A program made the position numbers and the translations under genes. This document shows, piece by piece, positions 24,834 to 33,042 of a DNA stretch of 42,550 bases. The notes beneath the pieces were generated by a model that ran no database searches, had not been told where the DNA came from, and saw only the letters and a program-made list of their open reading frames with translations. Each line of letters starts with the position of its first letter. The first letter of the stretch is position 1. Origin of the DNA: Holophagaceae bacterium (GTDB lineage Bacteria; Acidobacteriota; Holophagae; Holophagales; Holophagaceae); assembly GCA_025361955.1 (NCBI GenBank), contig JANYIU010000316.1, positions 1 through 42,550 on the forward strand. Reading direction: 5' to 3'.

Positions 24834-26144
24834 TCAGCCATTCTCCAGTTCAACTTCCGCTTTCTCGTCGCCCTTCTCCAAGGCCAGCAGGGCATTGGCC
24901 TGATCCAGGGGAAGCTCCTGCACGCCCTTGAGTTTGCGCCCGATGGCGCGGGTACGGACCTGTGCCCTTTCCAGGGTGTCGGTAGCCAGATGCAGCTGTT
25001 TCTGAACCTTGTCCAGGACCTCTCCATACTTGGTCCACTCCGTCTTCACGGCCGCCAGGAGGTTCCAAACCTCACCGGAGCGTTTCTGGATGGTCAGGGT
25101 GCGGAAGCCCATCTGTAGGCTGTTCAGGATCGACCAGAGCGTCGTCGGACCGGCGATCACCACGCGAAAATCTCTCTGGATCTGGTCCGGGAGCCCCGTG
25201 CGGCGGATGACTTCGGCGAACAGACCCTCAGTGGGGAGGAACAGGATCCCGAAATCCGTCGTATGCGGAGGGTCAAGGTATTTGTCGCTGATGTCCTTGG
25301 CGCACTGCCTGATCCGGGCATCCAGTTGTCTGGCCGCCCCCTCAGCGGCTTCGGGATCGCCTCGCTCCTGGGCTTCCACCATTCGCTGGTAGTCCTCCAC
25401 GGGGAACTTCGCATCAATGGGCAGCCAAACCACATCGTCCCTGTCTTCGCCACGCCCGGGAAGCCTGATGGCGAACTCCACCCGCTCGTTGCCTCCTTTG
25501 GTAGCCACGTTGGCGGCATACTGTTCCGGGGTGAGGACCTGCTCGAGCAACTGGCTGAGCTGGACCTCGCCCCAAGTGCCCCGGGTCTTCACATTCGTAA
25601 GCATCTTCTTCAAGTCCCCCACGCCCGTGGCCAGTGTCTGCATTTCGCCCAGCCCCTTGTAGACCTGTTCCAAGCGCTCGCTGACCAGCTTGAAGGATTC
25701 ACCCAGGCGTTTCTCCAAGGTGCCCTGCAGCTTCTCATCCACGGTGGCCCGCATCTGGTCGAGCTGCTTGGCGTTGTCCTCCTGGAGGGCCTTCAGCCTT
25801 ATTTCCACCGACACCCTGACGCCCTCGAGCTTCTGATCGTTCGTCTGCATCAGGGAGGTGAGCTGCTGATGCAGCGTGTCTCCGACCCCTTTCAACGTGG
25901 ACCCGATCTCCTCCCGTGAGCGTTGAGCCGCCCAGTTGGATTCCTCCCGGCTGCGCGAGAATTCCTCCCGGACGGCTCGCTCGGTCCTTTCCTGAACCTT
26001 CTCGAACAGTTGGGACAGCAGACCCAAGTCAATACCTCCAGCCCTGCGCAGCAGCAAGATCAGGAGCAAGACCGACAGCACCCCCAACAGGAGCACTAAG
26101 GCCAGAAGTGGGTTCGTCATCAGGAGCTCCAGTGATGCAGGCAT
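24834..26144 (-). CDS. rmuC: DNA recombination protein RmuC
   Basis: N-terminal TM segment, long coiled-coil and a C-terminal RmuC nuclease-like region (VVWLPIDAKFP, FGILFLPTEGLFAE). The start could instead be the internal ATG at 26120. Confidence 0.8.
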   Translation of the reverse strand: MPASLELLMTNPLLALVLLLGVLSVLLLILLLRRAGGIDLGLLSQLFEKVQERTERAVREEFSRSREESNWAAQRSREEIGSTLKGVGDTLHQQLTSLMQTNDQKLEGVRVSVEIRLKALQEDNAKQLDQMRATVDEKLQGTLEKRLGESFKLVSERLEQVYKGLGEMQTLATGVGDLKKMLTNVKTRGTWGEVQLSQLLEQVLTPEQYAANVATKGGNERVEFAIRLPGRGEDRDDVVWLPIDAKFPVEDYQRMVEAQERGDPEAAEGAARQLDARIRQCAKDISDKYLDPPHTTDFGILFLPTEGLFAEVIRRTGLPDQIQRDFRVVIAGPTTLWSILNSLQMGFRTLTIQKRSGEVWNLLAAVKTEWTKYGEVLDKVQKQLHLATDTLERAQVRTRAIGRKLKGVQELPLDQANALLALEKGDEKAEVELENG

Positions 26145-26230
26145 CAGCCTATCCTCGCCGCTTCCTCAGGATCGTAGCCCTGAAGCCACCGTGGCAAAAC
26201 AACTTGATCAGGTAGGCGGTGGACCAGCAA

Positions 26231-26692
26231 TCAGGGCTGCCCAAACAATTCTTCGATCACTTTTCTGCGGAACTCGAAGACTCTCCCAATGTCCCTCTGG
26301 AGGTAGAGGAGGGTGGCGAGACGACCAAATAAACCAAAGGGAGCGCGGTAGCGAACCCGGTCCGTGATGCGGGTACCGCCGTCGGGGAGAATCTCGAAAA
26401 GGTGGGTGTGGTGCCAGAGGGCATAGGGTCCCCGAACCTGGCGGTCCACGAAACGCTCGCCTTCTCGCCACTCTTCGATGAGCGTTCGCCAGCGCAGAGG
26501 CAGACCTCGGACCCGCAGGCGGTATTCGAAGAGGGCCCCTTCACCGCGGGGCAAGGGCTCGGGTGTGAGGATGTGGAAGTGCAACCAGGGCGGCGTGAGG
26601 CATTCCAGATTGGCGGGGTTGCTGAAGAAGGCGAAAACCTCGCTCCGTGACCGCGGAACGTCTTGCTGGGCAATGAAGATTTCTTCTCGCAT
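26231..26692 (-). CDS. SRPBCC (START/Bet v1-like) family protein
   Basis: About 153 aa: FIAQQDVPRSRSEVFAFFSNPANLECLTPPWL...RGPYALWHHTHLFE. This pattern is typical of the COG4276-type SRPBCC family. The start was set at the ATG preceding the conserved part. Confidence 0.6.
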   Translation of the reverse strand: MREEIFIAQQDVPRSRSEVFAFFSNPANLECLTPPWLHFHILTPEPLPRGEGALFEYRLRVRGLPLRWRTLIEEWREGERFVDRQVRGPYALWHHTHLFEILPDGGTRITDRVRYRAPFGLFGRLATLLYLQRDIGRVFEFRRKVIEELFGQP

Positions 26693-26910
26693 GAGAGCGG
26701 ATCCTTCGCGGTCCAGAGGGGGCTGCAGAAAAGCTCTACAGCCGCATCTATTCACCTTGGATTGATTTCGCCGCTCAGCATGAAATTTATTTCGTTTGGT
26801 CACGAAAAGGCTTGAATCGATCCTTGGATGGGTGGATGTTCTTGAAGCCTGATTCCTCATCTGGGCATGGGTTTGCCCGGAGATTCCACCCCCCTTTTCT
26901 GGAGGCTCCC

Positions 26911-27492
26911 ATGAGCGTGAAAAAGATCCTGATGCTGGTCGGCGACTTCGTCGAAGACTACGAGGTGATGGTGCCCTTCCAGTCCCTGCTCATGGTCGGG
27001 CACACCGTCCACGCAGTCTGCCCCGACAAGAAGACCGGTGAGTTCGTCCGCACGGCCATCCACGATTTCGAGGGCGACCAGACTTACAGTGAGAAGCCTG
27101 GCCACCGTTTCACGCTGAACGCTGCATTTGCCGACGTGAAGGTGGAGAACTACGACGCTCTGGTCATCCCAGGGGGCCGGGCGCCGGAATACCTCCGGCT
27201 GAATCCCAAGGTGATCAAGCTCGTCCAGGCCTTTTCCAAGGCTGGCAAACCGATCGCCGCCATCTGCCATGGCGCGCAGATCTTGGCCGCAGCGGGCGTC
27301 CTCAAGGGCCGCAGTTGCTCCGCTTACCCAGCTGTGGGCCCCGAGGTCACGGAGGCCGGGGGCACTTTCATCAGTATCCCCGCGGACAAAGCCCACGTGG
27401 ACGGCAATCTCGTCACGGCTCCGGCCTGGCCAGCTCACCCGGAGTGGGTCGCCAAATTCCTTCAAGTACTGGGTACCAAGATCGTGCCTTGA
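26911..27492 (+). CDS. DJ-1/PfpI family protein (YhbO/PfpI-type)
   Basis: [14 protein letters not shown], nucleophile elbow [10 protein letters not shown] and [12 protein letters not shown]. Confidence 0.8.
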   Translation: MSVKKILMLVGDFVEDYEVMVPFQSLLMVGHTVHAVCPDKKTGEFVRTAIHDFEGDQTYSEKPGHRFTLNAAFADVKVENYDALVIPGGRAPEYLRLNPKVIKLVQAFSKAGKPIAAICHGAQILAAAGVLKGRSCSAYPAVGPEVTEAGGTFISIPADKAHVDGNLVTAPAWPAHPEWVAKFLQVLGTKIVP

Positions 27493-27598
27493 GGTTTTTC
27501 GGAGCATGAGTGAAGTCGGAGACTGTGGCCCTTCCAGGCCATACTGTAGGGGTACTACCCGGTTCCTTCACCGTGAACCGGTTGCCAGGAGGTGAACA

Positions 27599-28684
27599 AT
27601 GCCACGACTCTTCGACCCTCTCAGCCTTCGCGGTATCACTTTCTCCAACCGCATCGCGGTCTCGCCCATGTGTCAGTACTCAGCTGTGGAAGGCTGTGCC
27701 ACGGACTGGCATCTCGTCCATCTGGGCGGCCTCGCCCAAGGCGGCGCGGGCCTGGTCCTCACCGAGGCCGCTGCCGTATCGCCTGAGGGCCGCATCAGCC
27801 CCCAGGATCTCGGGTTGTGGGACAATCGCCAGATCGAGCCATTGACCCGCATCACTCGCTTCATCGCCTCCCAGGGTGCTGTAGCGGGCATCCAACTGGC
27901 TCACGCGGGCCGCAAGGCGGGTACGGAAGCACCCTGGCGAGGAGTTTCGACCACCCTTCCCCTTTCCGCAGGCGGCTGGATTCCGCTGGCCCCCAGCGCC
28001 CTGGCCTTCGACGAAGGCTGGGCCACGCCTGCGGCCCTGGACGAAGCTGGCATCGCGGCCATCCTTCGCGCCTTCACCGAGGCCACTAAACGCTCGCTGG
28101 ACGCGGGATTTAAAGTGGTCGAGCTGCACGCGGCCCATGGCTACCTGCTGCATCAGTTCCTCTCACCCCTCGCCAACCGCCGCACGGACCACTACGGCGG
28201 CTCCTTTGAGAACCGCACGCGTCTGCTGCGGGAGGTCGCGCAAGCCGTGCGCGCGACGTGGCCAGAGCACCTGCCGCTGTTCGTGCGGATCTCCGCCAAG
28301 GACTGGGCCGAGGGTGGCTGGGATGTGGATGAAGCCGTGGAACTTTGCCGGGGACTGCGCGAACTCGGAGTGGATCTGGTGGATGTCTCCAGCGGTGGCT
28401 TGGTGCCCCGCGCCAAGATTCCCGTGGCGCCCGGCTATCAGGTGCCGTTCGCCCAGCGCATCCGCACCGAAGCGAATATTCCGACTGCCACCGTCGGCCT
28501 CATCACCGAACCGGCGCAGGCCCAGAGCATCCTCACCGGCGACCGGGCCGATCTCGTGCTCCTGGGCCGCGAACTGCTCCGGAATCCCCGCTGGCCCCTG
28601 CGCGCGGCGCAGGAACTCGGCGCCGAGATCCCCTGGCCCGCCCAGTACGCGCGGGCCGCGGCAGGGACCGTAACCGTGAGATAG
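27599..28684 (+). CDS. namA: NADPH dehydrogenase / NADH:flavin oxidoreductase, Old Yellow Enzyme family (YqjM/NamA type)
   Basis: LFDPL.LRGITFSNRIAVSPMCQYS, HAAHGYLLHQFLSPL.N.R.D.YGGS. AGGAGG lies 6 nt upstream of the ATG. Confidence 0.85.
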   Translation: MPRLFDPLSLRGITFSNRIAVSPMCQYSAVEGCATDWHLVHLGGLAQGGAGLVLTEAAAVSPEGRISPQDLGLWDNRQIEPLTRITRFIASQGAVAGIQLAHAGRKAGTEAPWRGVSTTLPLSAGGWIPLAPSALAFDEGWATPAALDEAGIAAILRAFTEATKRSLDAGFKVVELHAAHGYLLHQFLSPLANRRTDHYGGSFENRTRLLREVAQAVRATWPEHLPLFVRISAKDWAEGGWDVDEAVELCRGLRELGVDLVDVSSGGLVPRAKIPVAPGYQVPFAQRIRTEANIPTATVGLITEPAQAQSILTGDRADLVLLGRELLRNPRWPLRAAQELGAEIPWPAQYARAAAGTVTVR

Positions 28685-28704
28685 AAGACTGCGGTTGCGG
28701 ACGT

Positions 28705-29253
28705 CTATCGCGCTGCAAGCGCAGGATCTCTCGCTTGCTCGCAGTCCAGAAGCGTCAGATAAAGCCGCAGATCAAACTCCAGTTGGTGGTAGTTCGGTGC
28801 CATGTGGGTGCATAGCTGGTAGAAAGCCTTGTTGTGCTCGCTCTCTTTCAGATGCGCCAATTCGTGCACGAGGATCATCTTCAGAAAGTCGCTAGGAGCA
28901 TCCCGAAATACCGTCGCCACCCGGATTTCCCGGCTGGATTTGAGCCTGTGGCCCTGCACCCGGGACACGGTCGTGTGGGTGCCAAGGGCGTGGCTCAGCA
29001 CTTGCAGCTTGCTGTCGTAGATGACCTTGTCGAGCGGCGCGGTCGTGCGCATGAAGCGGTTCTTCAACGCAACGGCGACCAGGCGCAAGGCCTTGTCAGT
29101 GCGCACCTCATGGGTCTCCCCGTACCTGCTGTGGATATAGTTGCCTAAGAGCTTCTGTGCGATCAGCTCGCGCACGTGTGTCTGCACGGCCGCGCCATAA
29201 GCCTCGAGGTAAATCAGGGGGAGCCCAGCGTTCACCAAGCCAGCCTCGCTCAT
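28705..29253 (-). CDS. DUF45/YgjP-like zinc metallopeptidase (M48-related)
   Basis: LVHELAHLKESEHNKAFY (HExxH plus a downstream His) near the C-terminus, as in YgjP-family proteins. The ATG overlaps the stop of the upstream S1 gene (ATGA at 29250-29253). Confidence 0.7.
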   Translation of the reverse strand: MSEAGLVNAGLPLIYLEAYGAAVQTHVRELIAQKLLGNYIHSRYGETHEVRTDKALRLVAVALKNRFMRTTAPLDKVIYDSKLQVLSHALGTHTTVSRVQGHRLKSSREIRVATVFRDAPSDFLKMILVHELAHLKESEHNKAFYQLCTHMAPNYHQLEFDLRLYLTLLDCEQARDPALAAR

Positions 29254-30098
29254 TGCGGGGGGACCAGCCGGATGCCTTCGGCCTCCAGCACGATTTGTCT
29301 ACTTTTGTAGAGGGCGCCAAGGGTTTGTTTGAACACCTTCTTGCTGATGCCGAACAACGCGTAGATCTCTTCCGGTTTGCTCTTGTCCGTCATGGGCAGG
29401 AACCCGCCGCCGCGCTTCAATGCGTCGAGCACGCCTTGAGCGATGGCATCGACCTTGGCGTAGCCCGGCGCGCTGAGGGCAATGTTCAGCTTCTGATCCG
29501 CGCGGAGCGCCTTGATATAGCCCGTCCGCGTATCGCCGCGGGTGAGCTTGCTGAAAATATCGCTGTTATGCACCATGCCCCAGTAGCGATGGTTGACGAC
29601 CACGCGGACGCCCAGATCCGTGCTGTCGCCGATCACCAGATCGACCTTGTCCCCTTCCTGGAAGCCCTCGGCCTCATCGCTCAGGAAATCCTCCAGGCGA
29701 GTGGATGCGGCCATGCGGCCGTCTTCATCCATGAACAGGATCACCAGGATCCTCTGGCCTTCCCGGATCAGGCGCTTCTGCTCAAGCTTCACTTCCTTCC
29801 AAGGCAGGAACAGGTTCTGGGGGGGGCCCCAGGCCAAGAAGGCACCCGCCTTGTTCACCGCCACGATCTTCAGGCTGGCCACGTCGCCCCGCTGCGCGAG
29901 GGGCGCACGGGTGCTGGCGCTGGGACGATCCTCGGCATCCAGGTAGACAAAGACCTTCAGCGTCTGGCCAGGTTTACTCCCAGGCGGAACCTGGTTCAGC
30001 GGCAACAGCACATCCCCTTGCTCTCCGCCATCGAGAAAGGCGCCCTCCGGTAACCAACGGAGAAGTTTCAAGTCATTCCAGACGCCAAGCGATGCCAT
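29250..30098 (-). CDS. S1-like RNA-binding protein, CvfB/YitL family
   Basis: 282 aa with repeated S1/OB-like segments and a C-terminal winged-helix tail GISKKVFKQTLGALYKSRQI, typical of COG2996. Confidence 0.7.
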   Translation of the reverse strand: MASLGVWNDLKLLRWLPEGAFLDGGEQGDVLLPLNQVPPGSKPGQTLKVFVYLDAEDRPSASTRAPLAQRGDVASLKIVAVNKAGAFLAWGPPQNLFLPWKEVKLEQKRLIREGQRILVILFMDEDGRMAASTRLEDFLSDEAEGFQEGDKVDLVIGDSTDLGVRVVVNHRYWGMVHNSDIFSKLTRGDTRTGYIKALRADQKLNIALSAPGYAKVDAIAQGVLDALKRGGGFLPMTDKSKPEEIYALFGISKKVFKQTLGALYKSRQIVLEAEGIRLVPPQ

Positions 30099-30108
30099 GG
30101 GCAGCTTC

Positions 30109-32967
30109 CTAAGAAAGGTCAGTATCGCATCGACCGCGGTGGATCAACCGCACGGCATCCAGGCGCAAGCGGGCCGCGCTGATGCGCTGGTCCAGGGTGC
30201 ACTGTTGCCGAACCAGCAACTCGATCTCTTCGTTGCGGACGCTGCAGTTCACCTTTTGCAGCTCGCGGAGTCGGGAGGTTTCCTTGTCCAGCCGGGCGTT
30301 CATGTCCTGGCGGGCCTGGGCGACCATAGTCCGCAACTCGCGGTTGGCAAGGTCCTGGGTTTGTTGGATCAGGCGAGGGAGCAGGGTCTCGCGGATTTCA
30401 GAGCGCTCCAGCCAGGGCTGACCCTCACCGTCCTTCAGGTGGTGGGTGAGCCATCGATGTGGGATCGCATCCCCGACATCCTGACCTCGCTGATCCACCA
30501 GCACCCTTACGGGAGTGGGCGGCAGGAAGCGATCCAGGTGGAACTCCGGGGGGGCGATGCCTTCCACCAGGTAGACCGCTTCCAGATACAATCCGGAGCT
30601 CTTGGCATCGGGCCACCGGGCGAAGCTGCAGTTCCCTTGCTCCGAGCCCAGCAATAGATCCAGCGCCCCGGTCACCAGGGGGTGATCCCAGGTCAGAAAC
30701 GGCAGGTCCTCCCGGGCCAACGCACGCTGGCGGTCGAAGGTGATGGCGAGGCCTTCCGAGGTCAGCCCTGGAAAGGCATCCACCAGCACTCCCGCCGAGC
30801 CCAGCTGGTAGGTGCGGGGCGCCAGCTCTTCGACCTCGATGAAGAAATGGTCAAGGATCGCTAGCATGAACTCGTCCAGGGCGCGGTGCTCGTCCTGGCG
30901 AAGAATTCCGTGGATGAGGCGCTGGGAAACCTCCGGCCGGAAGGAGTTCCATTCCAGCAGTCGGTCCCGACCGCGCTCCAGACGCGCTGCCACTTCCTTC
31001 CGGGCGACCTGGACGGCTTTGATCAACCGCTCCAATTCGAGGTCACAGGTCGCCGCGTTTTCCTGACAGTGCAGGGCGCGATGGCGGAGCTGGGAGTCGA
31101 ATCGTTCCAGGAGTTCGCGACCCCCCGGCAGGTTTTCCGCGAACGCATTCAGCCCTTCCTGATACCAGCGCGCCAAGACTTCCTGGTGACTGCCGAGGAT
31201 GAAGGGCACGTGAACCTGAATATCAGCACTCTGGCCGATGCGGTCGAGCCGCCCTATGCGTTGCTCCAGAAGGGCGGGATCCAGGGGCAGGTCGAACAGG
31301 ACCAGGTGGTGGGAGAACTGGAAGTTGCGGCCTTCGCTGCCGATCTCGGAACAGATCAGCAGGCATGCTCCGCTTTTATCCGCGAACCACGCTGCGCCGC
31401 GGTCCCGCTGGACCAGCGACAACCCTTCGTGAAACACCGCCAGCTTCACCGTGATGCGCTGCTTCAGCGCCGTCGCGATGGCCTCAGCCTTGCGCTGGGT
31501 GTGGCAGATCAGGAGCACTTTCCCCTGTCCCAAGGTTTGCAAGAGCTGAGCGAGCCAATCGATCCGAGGATCTTGCGCGAAGTCCGGGGAAAAATTCACG
31601 CCAGCGCCCGAATCCGCCAGCCATTCCTGAGCCAACACCTTGAATTGGCTCGCCTCCTGGACAACCAGGGGATGCAGTCGCGCCAAACGTTTGGGGAACC
31701 CAGTCACCGTGGCGCGGGTGTTCCGGAACATCACCCGACCCGTACCGTGCTGGTCGAGCAGCGCGTCAAGCCAAGCCTCCCTGGAGGCATCATCTCCCTG
31801 GCTGATCGCTTCCAGCTTGGCCAGCACGGTCGCTTCGGATTCAGCCAGGATGCGGGCCAACCCCGTCACCTCACCGGCGGAAAGGCTTGAAGCATCCTTG
31901 AGCTTTTCCACTAGGTGCGCGACCTCCCGATAGCCCTCCGTTTCCCGGGTGAATTCGTCGAGATCGTAAAACCGATCCGGGTCCAGCAACCGAAGGCGCG
32001 CAAAATGGCCGGTCATGCCGAGCTGCTCTGGCGTGGCAGTGAGCAGCAACAGGCCGGGAGTCTGGCGGCCAAGGGTCTCGACCACGGTGTATTCAGGACT
32101 GACAGCCCCCGGTGACCAGCCAAGATGATGGGCCTCATCGACCACAAGCAGGTCCCAGCCGGCCTCCAGGGCCTGCTGAAGCCGCGGCGCCTTCCCGGTG
32201 AACAGGTTGAGAGCGCAGAGCAGCAGTTGATCGTCCAGGAAGGGGTTGCTGCCTGGATCTGCTTTCTCAAGGGCCTTGCAGCGCGCCTCGTCAAAGATGT
32301 GGAACCAGAGATTGAAGCGACGCAGCAATTCCAGGAACCATTGGTGCACCAGGGATTCCGGCACCAGGATGATTACCCGCCGTACGCGGCCGGTGAGCAG
32401 CAGCCGATGGAGGATGAGACAAGCCTCAATGGTCTTCCCCAGGCCTACCTCGTCCGCGAGCAGGACTCGCGGCACGATCCGCCCCGTCACCTCTGCAGCG
32501 ATGCTGAGCTGGTGCGGAAGGAGATCGATCCGACCACCCAGAAAGCCGCGCAGCTCTGATTTACTGCGGCGAGATTGGTGCATCAGGGCGGAGTGGCGGA
32601 GGTCGAAGGTTTGGGTTGGGTCGAACCGGCCTGCGAAGAACCGCTCCAGCGAACCGCTGAAGCTGAGGCTGTCGCTCAGCGAGCTTTCGGACAGCTGCTG
32701 ATGGCCGCAATCGTAATACAGCAGGCCCTCCCGCTCGATCACCGCGCAGACGGTCAAGGCCGTATTCTCGTTGCTCTTGATGGTGTCGCCCACCCGGAAC
32801 GCCACCCGCCGCAGGGGTGCGCTCTCAATTAGGTATTCACGGGTCTCCTCGGAGGCCCCGAAGGACAGCGTCACCGTTCGGGGTCGGACGCAACAAACCC
32901 TGCCGAGCCCAAGTTCGGGCTCACCCTCGCTGACCCAACGTTGACCTGGATGAAAATGGTTTGACAT
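30109..32967 (-). CDS. rapA: RNA polymerase-associated SNF2 ATPase RapA (HepA)
   Basis: Colinear with E. coli RapA along its whole length as I recall it. N-terminal GQRWVSEGEPELGLGRV, LLADEVGLGKTIEA, DLLVVDEAHHL, LLLTATPEQLGM.HFARLRLLDP.RF, LLEQRIGRLDRIGQ, ITFDR..ALARED..F.TWDHPL and NRFLPPTPVR. Confidence 0.9.
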   Translation of the reverse strand: MSNHFHPGQRWVSEGEPELGLGRVCCVRPRTVTLSFGASEETREYLIESAPLRRVAFRVGDTIKSNENTALTVCAVIEREGLLYYDCGHQQLSESSLSDSLSFSGSLERFFAGRFDPTQTFDLRHSALMHQSRRSKSELRGFLGGRIDLLPHQLSIAAEVTGRIVPRVLLADEVGLGKTIEACLILHRLLLTGRVRRVIILVPESLVHQWFLELLRRFNLWFHIFDEARCKALEKADPGSNPFLDDQLLLCALNLFTGKAPRLQQALEAGWDLLVVDEAHHLGWSPGAVSPEYTVVETLGRQTPGLLLLTATPEQLGMTGHFARLRLLDPDRFYDLDEFTRETEGYREVAHLVEKLKDASSLSAGEVTGLARILAESEATVLAKLEAISQGDDASREAWLDALLDQHGTGRVMFRNTRATVTGFPKRLARLHPLVVQEASQFKVLAQEWLADSGAGVNFSPDFAQDPRIDWLAQLLQTLGQGKVLLICHTQRKAEAIATALKQRITVKLAVFHEGLSLVQRDRGAAWFADKSGACLLICSEIGSEGRNFQFSHHLVLFDLPLDPALLEQRIGRLDRIGQSADIQVHVPFILGSHQEVLARWYQEGLNAFAENLPGGRELLERFDSQLRHRALHCQENAATCDLELERLIKAVQVARKEVAARLERGRDRLLEWNSFRPEVSQRLIHGILRQDEHRALDEFMLAILDHFFIEVEELAPRTYQLGSAGVLVDAFPGLTSEGLAITFDRQRALAREDLPFLTWDHPLVTGALDLLLGSEQGNCSFARWPDAKSSGLYLEAVYLVEGIAPPEFHLDRFLPPTPVRVLVDQRGQDVGDAIPHRWLTHHLKDGEGQPWLERSEIRETLLPRLIQQTQDLANRELRTMVAQARQDMNARLDKETSRLRELQKVNCSVRNEEIELLVRQQCTLDQRISAARLRLDAVRLIHRGRCDTDLS

Positions 32968-33042
32968 GATGGTTCAGACGTCCTTGGGACTGGAATATGG
33001 CAACGCCCCTGCCCAAGCTTAGGAGCCACGGAACGATCCAGG

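Noticed and set aside
30109-32967. The SNF2 helicase as part of a phage-defence system (DISARM/Zorya-like), given the adjacent DUF45 peptidase.
   Set aside because: The protein is colinear with housekeeping RapA, including the N-terminal Tudor-like region and the C-terminal RapA-specific motifs. No methylase, nuclease or other defence gene is nearby.
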